From assembly GCF_000014785.1 (NCBI RefSeq), contig NC_008340.1, positions 2,040,001 to 2,072,000 of the forward strand: 32,000 nt of DNA. The letters run 5' to 3'. A model generated the notes under the pieces. The model did no database searches and had not been told where the DNA came from. It worked only from the letters and a program-made list of their open reading frames with translations. The position numbers and the translations under genes were made by a program. Every line of letters begins with the position of its first letter. Position 1 is the stretch's first letter. This DNA comes from Alkalilimnicola ehrlichii MLHE-1. Its GTDB lineage: Bacteria > Pseudomonadota > Gammaproteobacteria > Nitrococcales > Halorhodospiraceae. Positions 16,294 to 26,699 of this stretch are shown one piece after another.

Positions 16294-19200
16294 ATGCCCG
16301 AGAAACACGCCTCACCGCTGACACCGCCCCTCCCCGCCAAGGCCGGCAACCGCGAGCACTGGTACGGCCTGCACGGGGCTACCGGCGCGCTGGCCCTGGC
16401 CCAGGCGGCCCGGGCCCATGACGGCCTGGTGGTGGCGGTCACCGACAGCCCCCAGCAGGCGGCGCGGCTGGATACGGAGTTGCGCTTCTTCCTCGGCGAT
16501 CACGCCCGGGGCGAGACGCCGGTGTTCAGCTTCCCGGACTGGGAGACCCTGCCCTACGACGTCTTCTCACCCCACCAGGACATCATCTCCGAGCGGCTGG
16601 CCGCGCTCTACCGCCTGCCGCGCACCCGGGGCGGCGTGCTGATCGTGCCGGTGAACACGCTGATGCAGCGCCTGGCCCCGGTGAGCTGGCTGGAGGGCCA
16701 GGGCCTGATGCTGGGGGTGGGCGACCGGCTGGACCTGGACGCCATGCGCGAGCGGCTGGAGCAGGCCGGCTACCGCTGCGTCTCCGAGGTGGGCGAGCAC
16801 GGCGAGTTCGCGGTGCGCGGCGCCCTGCTCGACCTTTTCCCCATGGGGGCCACACAGCCGGTGCGCATCGACCTGTTCGACGACGAGGTGGAGACCCTGC
16901 GCCACTTCGACCCGGACACCCAGCGCACCACCGAGAAGATCGACCGGGTGGAGCTGCTGCCGGCGCGGGAGTTCCCCACCGACGAGGCGGGCATCACCCA
17001 GTTCCGCGGGGCGTGGCGCGCCGCCTTCGAGGGTGACCCCTCGCGCAGCCTGGTCTACCGGGAGGTGAGCGCCGGCCACCTGCCGGCGGGCATCGAGTAC
17101 TACCTGCCGCTCTTTTTCGAGGAGACGGCCACCCTGTTCGACTACCTGCCCAAGGGCGCCCTGGTGGCCCGCCTGGGCGAGTCGGACACCCAGGCCGACA
17201 CCTACTACACCCAGGTGCGCAACCGCTACGAGCAGCGCCGCCACGACCTGGAGCGGCCGCTGCTGGCACCGGAACGGCTGTTCCTGAGCCCCGACGACCT
17301 GCGCGAGCGGTTCAACACCCTGCCCCAGGTGGTGCTGCACGCCGACACCCCGGCGCCGGAGGCCCCGCGCCCCCGCGAAGTGGTTTTCGAAACCGAGCCG
17401 CTGCCCGACCTGCGCAACCGCCCCCAGGCGGACAACCCGCTGGAGCGACTCACCAGTTACCTCTCCGACTACACCGGCCGGGTGCTCTTCATTGCCGAAA
17501 CCACCGGCCACCGCGAGGCGCTGCTGGAGCGGCTGCAGAAGCACCGCATCCGCCCCCAGGCGTGCGACTGGGAGGGGTTCGTCACCGGTGACATGCCCAT
17601 GGGCGTGGCCGTGGCCCCGGTGGAGCACGGCGCCCAGGTGAATCAGCCCGCCATGGCGCTGATCACCGAGGACGCCATCTACGGCGACCGGGCCCAGCAG
17701 CGGCGCCGGCGCCGCGCCGGGGCGGTGCGCGACCCCGAGACCATCATCCGCGACCTGACCGACCTGGCCATCGGTGCCCCGGTGGTGCACGAGGACCACG
17801 GCGTGGGCCGCTACCTGGGGCTGCAGACCCTGGAGGCCGGCGGGCTGACCACCGAGTTCCTCACCCTGGAGTACGCCAAGGGCGACAAGCTCTACGTGCC
17901 GGTGGCCTCGCTGCATCTGATCTCCCGCTACACCGGCGCCGAGGGCGACGCGGTGCCCGTGCACCAGTTGGGCAGCGACAAGTGGGAGAAGGCCAAGAAG
18001 CGCGCCGCCAAACGCGCCCGGGACGCCGCCGCCGAGTTGCTGGATATCTACGCCCGCCGCGCCGCCCGCGAGGGCCATGCCTACGAGTGGCGGGACGAGG
18101 ACTACCAGGCCTTCGCCGATGCCTTCCCCTTCGAGGAGACCCCGGACCAGGAGAGCGCCATCGCCGCCGTGGAGGCGGACATGCGCTCGTCCCGCCCCAT
18201 GGACCGGGTGGTCTGCGGCGACGTGGGCTTCGGCAAGACCGAGGTGGCCATGCGCGCCGCCTTCATGGGCATCCAGGACGGCCGCCAGGTGGCGGTGATG
18301 GTGCCCACCACCCTGCTGGCCCAACAGCACTTCCAGAACTTCCGCGATCGCTTCTCGGACTGGCCGGTGCGCGTGGAGGTGCTCTCGCGCTTTCGCAGCA
18401 CCAAGGACACCAACGCGGTGCTGCGCGACCTGGCCGACGGCAAGGTGGATATCGTCATCGGCACCCACAAGCTGCTGCAGGACTCGGTCAAGTACAAGGA
18501 CCTGGGGCTGGTGATCATCGACGAGGAGCACCGCTTCGGCGTCCGCCAGAAGGAGAAGCTGAAGAAGCTGCGCGCCGAGGTGGACATCCTCACCCTGACC
18601 GCGACGCCCATCCCGCGCACGCTCAACATGTCCCTGGCCGGTATCCGCGACCTGTCCATCATCGCCACCCCGCCGGCCCGCCGCCTGGCGGTGAAAACCT
18701 TCGTCAACCAGTGGGACCCGGCCATCATCCAGGAGGCCTGCCAGCGCGAGCTCAAGCGCGGCGGGCAGATCTACTTCCTGCACAACGACCTGGACTCCAT
18801 CGACCGCATTGCCCGGGAGCTGGAAGAGCTGGTGCCGGACGCCCGGGTGGACGTGGCCCACGGCCAGATGCCGGAGCGCGACCTGGAGCGGGTGATGCTC
18901 GACTTCTACCACCAGCGCTTCAACATCCTGGTCTGCTCCACCATCATCGAGTCCGGCATCGACGTGCCCACTGCCAACACCATCCTGATCAACCGCGCCG
19001 ACAAGCTGGGCCTTGCCCAACTGCACCAGCTGCGCGGCCGGGTGGGCCGCTCCCACCACCGGGCCTACGCCTACCTGATCGCGCCGCCGGAGAAGGCCAT
19101 GACGGCGGACGCCAAGAAGCGCCTGGAGGCCATCTCCAACCTGGAGGACCTGGGCGTGGGCTTCGCCCTGGCCAGCCACGACCTGGAGATCCGCGGCGCC

Positions 19201-19794
19201 GGCGAGCTGCTGGGCGAGGAGCAGAGCGGGCAGATCAGCGAGGTGGGCTTCAACCTCTACACCGAGCTGCTGGACCGGGCGGTCAAGGCGCTGCAGAGCG
19301 GCGAGGAGCCGGCGTTGGATGAGCCCATGCACCGTGGCGCCGAGGTGGATCTGCGCATCCCGGCGCTGATGCCGGAGGACTACCTGCCCGACGTGCACAC
19401 CCGGCTAGTGATGTACAAGCGCATCGCCAACGCCCGCACGGAGGCGGAGCTGGACGAGCTGCAGGTGGAGATGATCGACCGCTTCGGCCTGCTGCCGGAC
19501 GCCACCCGCAACCTGTTCCGCGTTACCGCCCTCAAGCTGCGCGCCGACGCCCTGGGCATCGAGAAGGTGGAGGGGCTGGCCTCCGGCATTACCCTGCACT
19601 TTGGCAGCAAGCCGAAGATCGACCCGGAGGCGCTGATCTCGCTGATCCAGTCCAGCCCGGAGACCTACCGGCTGCAGGGTCAGGAGAAGCTGCAGTACCG
19701 CAAGCACCTGCCGGAGGCGGAGGACCGGATCCGCGCCGTGGACGAGCTGCTGCGGGCGCTGCGACCTTCCGCTCGGGAGACCGCCGGCGCCTGA
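16294..19794 (+). CDS. mfd: Transcription-repair coupling factor
   Basis: In the track ORF 15811..19794 the Mfd-like sequence starts at ATG 16294. 'RVVCGDVGFGKTEVAMRAAFM', 'IIDEEHRFGVRQKEKLK', 'LTLTATPIPRTLNMSLAGIRDLSIIATPPARRLAVKTFV', TRG motif. Confidence 0.97.
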   Translation: MPEKHASPLTPPLPAKAGNREHWYGLHGATGALALAQAARAHDGLVVAVTDSPQQAARLDTELRFFLGDHARGETPVFSFPDWETLPYDVFSPHQDIISERLAALYRLPRTRGGVLIVPVNTLMQRLAPVSWLEGQGLMLGVGDRLDLDAMRERLEQAGYRCVSEVGEHGEFAVRGALLDLFPMGATQPVRIDLFDDEVETLRHFDPDTQRTTEKIDRVELLPAREFPTDEAGITQFRGAWRAAFEGDPSRSLVYREVSAGHLPAGIEYYLPLFFEETATLFDYLPKGALVARLGESDTQADTYYTQVRNRYEQRRHDLERPLLAPERLFLSPDDLRERFNTLPQVVLHADTPAPEAPRPREVVFETEPLPDLRNRPQADNPLERLTSYLSDYTGRVLFIAETTGHREALLERLQKHRIRPQACDWEGFVTGDMPMGVAVAPVEHGAQVNQPAMALITEDAIYGDRAQQRRRRRAGAVRDPETIIRDLTDLAIGAPVVHEDHGVGRYLGLQTLEAGGLTTEFLTLEYAKGDKLYVPVASLHLISRYTGAEGDAVPVHQLGSDKWEKAKKRAAKRARDAAAELLDIYARRAAREGHAYEWRDEDYQAFADAFPFEETPDQESAIAAVEADMRSSRPMDRVVCGDVGFGKTEVAMRAAFMGIQDGRQVAVMVPTTLLAQQHFQNFRDRFSDWPVRVEVLSRFRSTKDTNAVLRDLADGKVDIVIGTHKLLQDSVKYKDLGLVIIDEEHRFGVRQKEKLKKLRAEVDILTLTATPIPRTLNMSLAGIRDLSIIATPPARRLAVKTFVNQWDPAIIQEACQRELKRGGQIYFLHNDLDSIDRIARELEELVPDARVDVAHGQMPERDLERVMLDFYHQRFNILVCSTIIESGIDVPTANTILINRADKLGLAQLHQLRGRVGRSHHRAYAYLIAPPEKAMTADAKKRLEAISNLEDLGVGFALASHDLEIRGAGELLGEEQSGQISEVGFNLYTELLDRAVKALQSGEEPALDEPMHRGAEVDLRIPALMPEDYLPDVHTRLVMYKRIANARTEAELDELQVEMIDRFGLLPDATRNLFRVTALKLRADALGIEKVEGLASGITLHFGSKPKIDPEALISLIQSSPETYRLQGQEKLQYRKHLPEAEDRIRAVDELLRALRPSARETAGA

Positions 19795-19872
19795 GGGGGC
19801 AACACCCCGGTGCTTATGTCATAGTATTCGCGAAAAGCCCACCCTACCCACCACGGATTGAGCCACGGACGC

Positions 19873-20541
19873 ATGCAGACACCTCGCCCGCACGCCACTC
19901 CATCCCGCCGCACCGGTTGGGCCGTGCCCGGCCTGTTGGCCCTTCTGCTCTCGCTGGTGGGCGGTACCGCACTGCTGCTGCCCGGTACCGTGGCGGCAGA
20001 GCAGCAGTACGATGTGGAGCTGATTATCTTCCGCCAGTGGGAGGCGCGCGGCGACGACGCCGAGGCCTGGCCGCTGTCGGTGGGCGCGCCCCACTTCGGA
20101 CGCTGGCAGCCGCTGGGCGCCCGTGGTTTCCAACGCCTGTCCGGCAACCAGTTGCGTCTGCACGGCGCCCGCCAGCGCCTGGAGCAGTCCGACGCCTATG
20201 ACCCCCTGCTGCATATCGGCTGGCGCCAGGAAGGCCTGCCGCGCAACCGCTCGGTGGCCGTGCCCCTCCCCCCCGCCTGGATGCCCCCGCAGGCCCCGGA
20301 GGAATGGGCCCCCTCGCTGGAGCCCCAGCGGCTCTACGGGCTGGTGCGCGTCTACCGCGAGCGCTTCCTGCACGCGGTGATCGATCTGCGCTACCGCCGT
20401 GATACCGGCGACCGCGACGCCCTGCTGCCGGCCGGCGCCGTCCATGCCCTGCAACAGAGCCGGCGTATGCGCAGCGATGAGCTGCACTACCTGGACCATC
20501 CGGTGCTGGGTGTGCTCATCCAGATCCGACCGGTCGACTGA
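19873..20541 (+). CDS. CsiV family peptidoglycan-binding/periplasmic protein
   Basis: Signal peptide, then 'EQQYDVELIIFRQW...', C-terminal 'LHYLDHPVLGVLIQIRPV'; located downstream of mfd. Confidence 0.65.
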   Translation: MQTPRPHATPSRRTGWAVPGLLALLLSLVGGTALLLPGTVAAEQQYDVELIIFRQWEARGDDAEAWPLSVGAPHFGRWQPLGARGFQRLSGNQLRLHGARQRLEQSDAYDPLLHIGWRQEGLPRNRSVAVPLPPAWMPPQAPEEWAPSLEPQRLYGLVRVYRERFLHAVIDLRYRRDTGDRDALLPAGAVHALQQSRRMRSDELHYLDHPVLGVLIQIRPVD

Positions 20542-20676
20542 CCCGGCCCACGGGGTAAGCACCGGAATGCCCGCCGGTGCGCCGCCCGCACACCGATCCG
20601 TCATTTTTTTGACGCCCTCAGCGCGGTACCGAATCCGCCCTGTGCGACCGCTCGGAGCGCGTTATCATGGAGGGAA

Positions 20677-22047
20677 ATGATACATAAGAGGTTGTCACCC
20701 GAGATCATGCCAAACAATACCGGCCATCCCGCGCCCCAGGACCCCCGTGAACTGCAACAGGCGCTGGTGGAGGTCAGCCTGCGGCTGGAGCGCCGGGTAC
20801 GGGAACTGGAGGCGCTGGTCAGCGTCACCGAACGAATCAACCGCGGGCTGTTGCTGGACGACGTGCTGGACGAGATCTACGACTCCTTCCGGCCGATCAT
20901 CCCCTATGACCGGATCGGTGTCGCCCTGCTCGAGGAGAACGACCAGGGCGAGCAACTGGTCCGCTCGCGCTGGGCACGCTCCGACCACCGCACCGCCCAC
21001 ATCGGCCCGGGCTACGCCGCGCCGCTGGCCGGCAGTAGCCTGGAGCGCATCCTCAAGACCGGCGAGCCGCGCATCATCAACGACCTGCAGGAACACCTGC
21101 TGCACAACCCGCGCTCCAAGTCCACCCAGCAGATCCTCAAAGACGGCGTGCGCTCCAGCCTCACCTGCCCGCTGGTGGCCATGGGCCGTCCGGTGGGCTT
21201 CATCTTCTTCTCCAGCAACGCGCCCAACACCTACCGCAACGCCCACATCGCCACCTTCCAGCAGATCGCCGGGCAGCTCGCCACCATCCTGGAAAAGAGC
21301 CGCCTTTACGAGCGGCTGATGGAGCTCAACGACCTCAAAAACCGCTTCCTGGGCGTGGCGGCCCACGACCTGCGCAACCCGTTGGGGGTGCTCAACGGCT
21401 ACATCGATCTGCTGCGCCAGGAGGCCCTCGGCCCATTGAACGAGGCCCAACAGGAGGTGATGGGGGTGATGGCGGACGTCGCCGAGCGCATGAGCGCGCT
21501 GGTGGAGGACCTGCTCGATGTCAGCGCCATCGAATCGGGGCAGTTGGAGCTGGAGCGCGAACCGCTGGACCTCAACCGCTTCCTGCAGGGGCAGGCCCAC
21601 GCCCAAGGGCTGATCGCCCAGGGCAAGTCGATCCGCATCGTGCTGGACATCCCGGAACCGCTGCCCACGGTGGCGGTGGACAGCCGCCGCCTGGGCCAGG
21701 TGCTGGACAACTTGATCGCCAACGCGGTCAAGTTCTCGCCCAGGGACAGCACCATCACCCTCGGCGGCCGCGCCGACGATCAGTCGGTTCGGATCAGCGT
21801 CAGTGACCAGGGCCCGGGCATCCCGGCCGAGGAACGGGCGCAGCTCTTCCAGCCCTTCCGGCGCGGCAGTAACGCCCCCACCGCCGATGAGAAGAGCACC
21901 GGGCTGGGTCTGTCCATTGTCCAGAAACTGGTTCAGGCCCACGGCGGACAGGTGGCGGTGGACGCGGCCCCCGGCGGCGGCGCCCGCTTCACCGTGACCC
22001 TGCCCCGGCAGCCCGACCCAGAACAGAAAGGCGATGCCCCGGCATGA
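20677..22047 (+). CDS. GAF domain sensor histidine kinase
   Basis: 'IIPYDRIGVALLEEN' (GAF), 'FLGVAAHDLRNPLGVLNGYIDLL' (H-box), 'NLIANAVKFSP' (N), 'DQGPGIP' (G1), 'STGLGLSIVQKLV' (G2). An internal ATG at 20707 is a possible start. Confidence 0.9.
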   Translation: MIHKRLSPEIMPNNTGHPAPQDPRELQQALVEVSLRLERRVRELEALVSVTERINRGLLLDDVLDEIYDSFRPIIPYDRIGVALLEENDQGEQLVRSRWARSDHRTAHIGPGYAAPLAGSSLERILKTGEPRIINDLQEHLLHNPRSKSTQQILKDGVRSSLTCPLVAMGRPVGFIFFSSNAPNTYRNAHIATFQQIAGQLATILEKSRLYERLMELNDLKNRFLGVAAHDLRNPLGVLNGYIDLLRQEALGPLNEAQQEVMGVMADVAERMSALVEDLLDVSAIESGQLELEREPLDLNRFLQGQAHAQGLIAQGKSIRIVLDIPEPLPTVAVDSRRLGQVLDNLIANAVKFSPRDSTITLGGRADDQSVRISVSDQGPGIPAEERAQLFQPFRRGSNAPTADEKSTGLGLSIVQKLVQAHGGQVAVDAAPGGGARFTVTLPRQPDPEQKGDAPA

Positions 22048-22436
22048 CGACCCCGAGCCTGCCCGACCGCGTCCTCATCGTGGACGACTTCCAGCCCATG
22101 CGCTCGCTGCTCAACACCATGCTGCGCCAGATGGGCTTCGAGAATATCGACCAGGCACACAACGGCCGCAGCGCGCTGGAGAGCTTCCGCGGCCGCAAAC
22201 AGCCGCTGGTCTTTCTCGACATCAGCATGCCCGACATGACCGGCCTGGAGGTGCTGCGCGAGCTGCGGGAGCTGGAGGGCGGGGACCAGGCCTTCGTCAT
22301 CATGCAGACCGGCGACGCCACCCGCGACAATGTCCTGGAGGCCAAGGAGCTGGGGGTGGGGGGGTTTATCGCCAAGCCCTACAACATGCAGAAGGTGAAG
22401 GCGCTGGTCGGGGTTTACCTCAAGCGGGACCGATAG
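22044..22436 (+). CDS. Single-domain response regulator
   Basis: 'RVLIVDDFQPMRSLL', 'PLVFLDISMPDMTGLEVLREL', 'VGGFIAKPYNMQKV'; ATGA-coupled to the kinase. Confidence 0.92.
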   Translation: MTTPSLPDRVLIVDDFQPMRSLLNTMLRQMGFENIDQAHNGRSALESFRGRKQPLVFLDISMPDMTGLEVLRELRELEGGDQAFVIMQTGDATRDNVLEAKELGVGGFIAKPYNMQKVKALVGVYLKRDR

Positions 22437-22445
22437 CCGCGCAAC

Positions 22446-22564
22446 CGTCATCGCGAGGGCCGGAGGCCTCCCCCCGTCATCGCGAGGGCCGAAGGCCTCC
22501 CCCCGTCATCGCGAGGGCCGGAGGCCCGTGGCGATCCAGAGCGGTAGACTGCCGCGTCGGCTTC
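22446..22564. repeat. REP-like element: three direct 29-bp units plus an inverted partner
   Basis: CGTCATCGCGAGGGCCGRAGGCC... begins at 22446, 22475 and 22504. Inverted counterpart GGCTTCGCCTCCTCGCAGTGACG follows. Confidence 0.85.
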
Positions 22565-22760
22565 GCCTCCTCGCAGTGACGGTGGGGCAGGGCCGGGCTC
22601 GCAGTGACGGTGGGGGCGGGTCCGCGCTCCCTGTGACGGTGGGGGCGGGTCCGCGCTCCCTGTGACGGTGGGGCGGGGCCGGGGTCGCCGTGACGGTGGG
22701 CGGGGCCGGGCTCGCAGTGGCGATGGGGGCGGGCCCGCGCCCGGGGTGACGGTGGGGGTG
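22565..22760. repeat. Degenerate tandem repeat of ~29 bp units (GTGACGGTGGGGGCGGGTCCGCGCTCCCT-like)
   Basis: About six successive copies of 'GTGACGGTGGGGgcGGGyCcGsGcTC...' between the response regulator and lysS. Confidence 0.85.
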
Positions 22761-22764
22761 GGTG

Positions 22765-24264
22765 TTACTCCCCCGTCTCCGGGCGCATGGCCGGGAACAG
22801 CAGGACGTCCCGGATGGATGGGGCGTCGGCGAAGAGCATCACCAGCCGGTCGATGCCGATGCCCTCGCCCGCCGTGGGGGGTAACCCGTACTCCAGCGCC
22901 CGGATGAAATCGGCGTCGTAGTGCATCGCCTCGTCATCGCCGGCGGCCTTTTCCGCCGCCTGGGCCCGGAACCGCTCCGCCTGGTCCTCGGCGTCGTTCA
23001 GCTCGGAGAAGCCATTGGCAATCTCCCGGCCGCCGACGATCAGCTCGAACCGCTCGGTGTAGAAGGGGTCGTCATCCACCGGCCGGGCCAGCGGCGAGAC
23101 CTCCTTGGGGTAGTGGGTCACGAACGTGGGCTCGCGCAGCTTGTGCTCCGTCGTGGTCTCGAAGATCACCATCTGCAGCTTGCCGAGCCCCTCATGCCCC
23201 ATCAGCGGGATGTTCAGGTGCCCAGCCAGGTTGAGCGCCGAATCCCGGTCGGTCAGCGCCTCCGGCCCGATGTCGGGGTTGAACTCACAGATCGCATCCA
23301 CCATCCGGATCCGCCGGAAGGGCCGGCCGAAGTCGAAGGTTTCACCCTGATAGGTGATCTGCGTCGTGCCCAACTGCTCCTCGGCCAGCCGCCGCAGCAT
23401 AGCCTCGGTCAGGTCCATCAGGTCGTTGTGATCCGCGTAGGCCTGATAGAACTCCAGCATCGTGAACTCGGGGTTGTGGCGGGTGCTCACCCCCTCGTTA
23501 CGGAAATTCCGGTTGATCTCGTAGACCTGTTCGAAGCCGCCCACCACCAGCCGCTTCAGGTACAGCTCCGGCGCCACCCGCAGGTACAGGTCCGCGCCCA
23601 GGGCGTTGTGATGGGTCACGAACGGTCGCGCCGTCGCGCCGCCCGGAATGGGCTGCATCATCGGCGTCTCCACCTCGAGAAAACCACGGCCGTTCAAAAA
23701 GTCACGAATGCCCGCCACCAGCCGGCTGCGCAGCATGAAGACCCGGCGTGAGTCGTCGTTCATGATCAGGTCGACGTAGCGCTGGCGGTAGCGCGCCTCG
23801 GTGTCCGTCAGCCCGTGGTACTTCTCGGGCAGCGGGCGCAGCGACTTGGTGAGCAGGCGCAGCTCGTCCACCTTAACCGACAGCTCGCCCTTGCGGGTGC
23901 GGAACAACGTCCCCGCCGCGCCGATGATGTCACCGACATCCCAGCCCTTGAACTGCTGGTAGACCCCCTCCGGCAGCTCATCTCGGGCCAGAAAGAGCTG
24001 GATGCGACCGGACTGATCCTGCAGGTGGGTAAAGCTCGCCTTGCCCATCACCCGCTTGGCCATCATCCGCCCGGCCACCCGCACGCGGATGTTCTCCGCC
24101 TCCAGCGCCTCGTCGTCCAGCTCCGCGCAGCGGGCGTGGATGTCCGCTGCCAGGCTGTCGCGGCGGAAGTCGTTGGGGAAGGCCTGGCCGGCCTCGCGCA
24201 ACGCGGCGAGCTTTTCCCGCCGCTGGGCGATGAGCTTGTTGTCGTCCTGCTCGGTCATGGTCAT
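22765..24264 (-). CDS. lysS: Lysyl-tRNA synthetase (class II)
   Basis: 499 aa; '[19 protein letters not shown]', '[25 protein letters not shown]', '[32 protein letters not shown]', '[13 protein letters not shown]'. Confidence 0.98.
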   Translation of the reverse strand: MTMTEQDDNKLIAQRREKLAALREAGQAFPNDFRRDSLAADIHARCAELDDEALEAENIRVRVAGRMMAKRVMGKASFTHLQDQSGRIQLFLARDELPEGVYQQFKGWDVGDIIGAAGTLFRTRKGELSVKVDELRLLTKSLRPLPEKYHGLTDTEARYRQRYVDLIMNDDSRRVFMLRSRLVAGIRDFLNGRGFLEVETPMMQPIPGGATARPFVTHHNALGADLYLRVAPELYLKRLVVGGFEQVYEINRNFRNEGVSTRHNPEFTMLEFYQAYADHNDLMDLTEAMLRRLAEEQLGTTQITYQGETFDFGRPFRRIRMVDAICEFNPDIGPEALTDRDSALNLAGHLNIPLMGHEGLGKLQMVIFETTTEHKLREPTFVTHYPKEVSPLARPVDDDPFYTERFELIVGGREIANGFSELNDAEDQAERFRAQAAEKAAGDDEAMHYDADFIRALEYGLPPTAGEGIGIDRLVMLFADAPSIRDVLLFPAMRPETGE

Positions 24265-24359
24265 CTGCTCTGTTGGTCAACCTTGGGAAAGCGCCGCGGG
24301 CGGACAGGGGCCGGGCCTCGGCCCCCGGGTCGGCCCCCGGGGGTCGGGCGCGGGCGCGC

Positions 24360-25455
24360 TCAGACGCCGGCCTTGAGACTGGCCTCGATGAACTGATCGA
24401 GATCGCCGTCCAGCACCGCCTGGGTATTGCCCACCTCGACGCCGGTGCGCAGGTCCTTGATGCGGCTCTGGTCCAGCACGTAGGAGCGGATCTGGTTGCC
24501 CCAGCCGATGTCCGACTTGGTCCCCTCCACCGCCTCGGCCTCGTCGCGACGCTTCTGCATCTCCAGCTCGAAGAGCTTGGATTTGAGCTGCTTCATCGCC
24601 GTGGCGCGGTTCTTGTGCTGGGAGCGGTCCTGCTGGCACTGCACCACGATGCCGCTGGGCATGTGGGTGATCCGCACCGCCGATTCCGTGCGGTTGACGT
24701 GCTGGCCGCCCGCCCCGGAGGCGCGGTAGACGTCCACCCGCAGGTCGGCCGGGTTGATGTCGATATCCACGTCGTCGTCCACCTCGGGCGAGACGAACAC
24801 CGACGCAAAGGAGGTATGACGGCGGTTGCCGGAGTCGAAAGGCGACTTGCGCACCAGGCGGTGGATGCCGATCTCGGTGCGCAGCCAGCCGAAGGCGTAC
24901 TCACCCTCGAACTTGACCGTGGCACTCTTGATGCCGGCCTCGTCGCCCTCGGACAACTCGATGATTTCGGTCTTGAAGCCGTGGCGTTCGCCCCAACGCA
25001 GGTACATGCGCAACAGCATGTTCGCCCAGTCCTGCGCCTCGGTGCCGCCGGCGCCGGCCTGGATGTCCATGAAGGCATTGGCCGGGTCCATCTCACCGGA
25101 GAACATCCGCCGGAACTCCAGCTTCTGCAGCTCGCGCTCACAGTCGCCCAGGTCCGATTGCAGTGCGGCCACCGTCTCCTCGTCGCCCTCGTCGGCGGCC
25201 ATCTCCAGCAGCTCGTCGGCATCGCCGAGCACGCTGTCCAGGCGCTCAAAGGTCTCAACCAGGCCTTCCAGCTGGGCGCGCTCGCGCCCTAAGGACTGGG
25301 CCCGCTCCGGGTCGTTCCAGACCTCAGGCTGCTCCAGCTCGCGGGTGACCTCCTCTAGCCGTTCACGCTTGAGGTCGTAGTCAAAGATACCCCCTAAGGG
25401 CCTCGGCACGGCCCTTGAGGTCATCGATCTTCTGGGTAATCGGGTTCAGTTCCAT
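24360..25455 (-). CDS. prfB: Peptide chain release factor 2 with programmed +1 frameshift
   Basis: Main ORF 24360..25424 contains '[36 protein letters not shown]'. A 24-codon 0-frame leader starts at ATG 25455 and ends CTT-AGG-GGG-TAT-CTT-TGA-C, with TGA at 25383-25381. Confidence 0.97.
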
Positions 25456-25545
25456 GTTCGCGGTACCCTCGCGTTACCGTGATCGCGGAAAACGCGCAAT
25501 GGTACAACAAGGGCCGCGCGGTGTCAGGCCGGGGGCGCCATGGGC

Positions 25546-26442
25546 TCAGTCGCAGACCAGGCGCTCCCGCCCGTAGCGCTTGGCCCGCAGCAGGGCCATG
25601 TCGGCACGATGGAACAGCCCCTCGCCCGCCTCCTCCGGCTCCAACTCCGCCACCCCGGCACTGGCGCGCAGGTTGAGTTGGTCGTCGGATTCGCCGATGG
25701 CCAGGGTCTCCTGCGCCATGCGCGCCAGCAGGCGCTGCCCCGAGCGCACCGCCCCGGCCGCCGCCGTGTGCGCCATGAGCACCACGAACTCATCGCCGGC
25801 GTAGCGAAACACCAGGTCGCCGCCACGGCAGTTCTCCTGCAGCAAGGCCGCAAGCCGGCACAGCGCCGTGTCCCCCACCCGATGGCCGTGGGTGTCGTTG
25901 ATTGCCTTGAACCGGTCCAGGTCCACCACCATGAGCGAGAGTGGATGGCCGTGCCGGTGCGCCAGGCTGACCTCCCGCGCCAGCGCCTCCGCCAGCGCCT
26001 GGCGGTTCTGCAGCCCGGTCAGGCTGTCCTTCCGGCCGGCGGCCTCGGCCTGCTGAAAGCGGACAGCATTGTTCAGCGGGTGCACCAGCAGGGCCACCAA
26101 CTGGTCCAGGGCCTCCCGGTCCTCTGGCCGCCAGGGCGCGGCCCGCGACAGGGTCAATTCACCAAGCAGACGCCCGTTGAGGCGCAGCCGCTGCACCACC
26201 CGGCAGCGCCGGGCGCTTCCCGCCTGCAGCACCTCGGGCAGGGCCTCGCTCTGAAAGCGCACCGACGCCAGACCGATCAGCGGTTCACACTCCTGCAGGA
26301 AGTAGCGCAGCACCGCGGCCGGGTCCAGCGTGCTCTGCAGGCGCAATGCCACCCGCAGCGCCACCCCTTCCGGCGACGACGCCGTCGGCACCGCCTGCGG
26401 CTTCCCCACCCTGCTTTCCATGGACACCACCTGTTCGCTCAT
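25546..26442 (-). CDS. GGDEF domain protein (putative diguanylate cyclase)
   Basis: 'RKDSLTGLQNRQALAEALAREVSLAHRHGHPLSLMVVDLDRFKAINDTHGHRVGDTALC...GGDLVFRYAGDEFVVLM' (AGDEF variant). Start chosen at ATG 26442. Confidence 0.87.
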   Translation of the reverse strand: MSEQVVSMESRVGKPQAVPTASSPEGVALRVALRLQSTLDPAAVLRYFLQECEPLIGLASVRFQSEALPEVLQAGSARRCRVVQRLRLNGRLLGELTLSRAAPWRPEDREALDQLVALLVHPLNNAVRFQQAEAAGRKDSLTGLQNRQALAEALAREVSLAHRHGHPLSLMVVDLDRFKAINDTHGHRVGDTALCRLAALLQENCRGGDLVFRYAGDEFVVLMAHTAAAGAVRSGQRLLARMAQETLAIGESDDQLNLRASAGVAELEPEEAGEGLFHRADMALLRAKRYGRERLVCD

Positions 26443-26699
26443 GGTCCTCTCCGGCCGATTACCTGTGACAGAGAGCAAGCGAAATGTGTGCCAACACCAC
26501 AACCCACTGTTTTCACAGTGTAATAAGGGGGGATTTGCCAAGGGACAGTCCGAATTGCCGTAGTCAGTGACGGGTTACTGACGACCCCCGGCAAGCGACT
26601 GCCGGCGGGTTGACACCACGACGGCCAAAGGCTGCCGGCCAACCGTCGCCGGCCACCCCACCCTGCGCGCGGGTGTACAATCAGCACAGGAGCCCGCGC

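Noticed and set aside
16567-19398. 943-aa minus-strand ORF (and 17982..19322 +) overlapping mfd
   Set aside because: Shadow ORFs of high-GC mfd; low-complexity His/Val/Ala/Gly-rich translation with no recognisable domain, while mfd in the other frame has all expected motifs.
22446-22760. CRISPR array
   Set aside because: Unit period is ~29 bp with no unique 30-40 bp spacers between repeats and no cas genes; it is a direct/tandem repeat instead.
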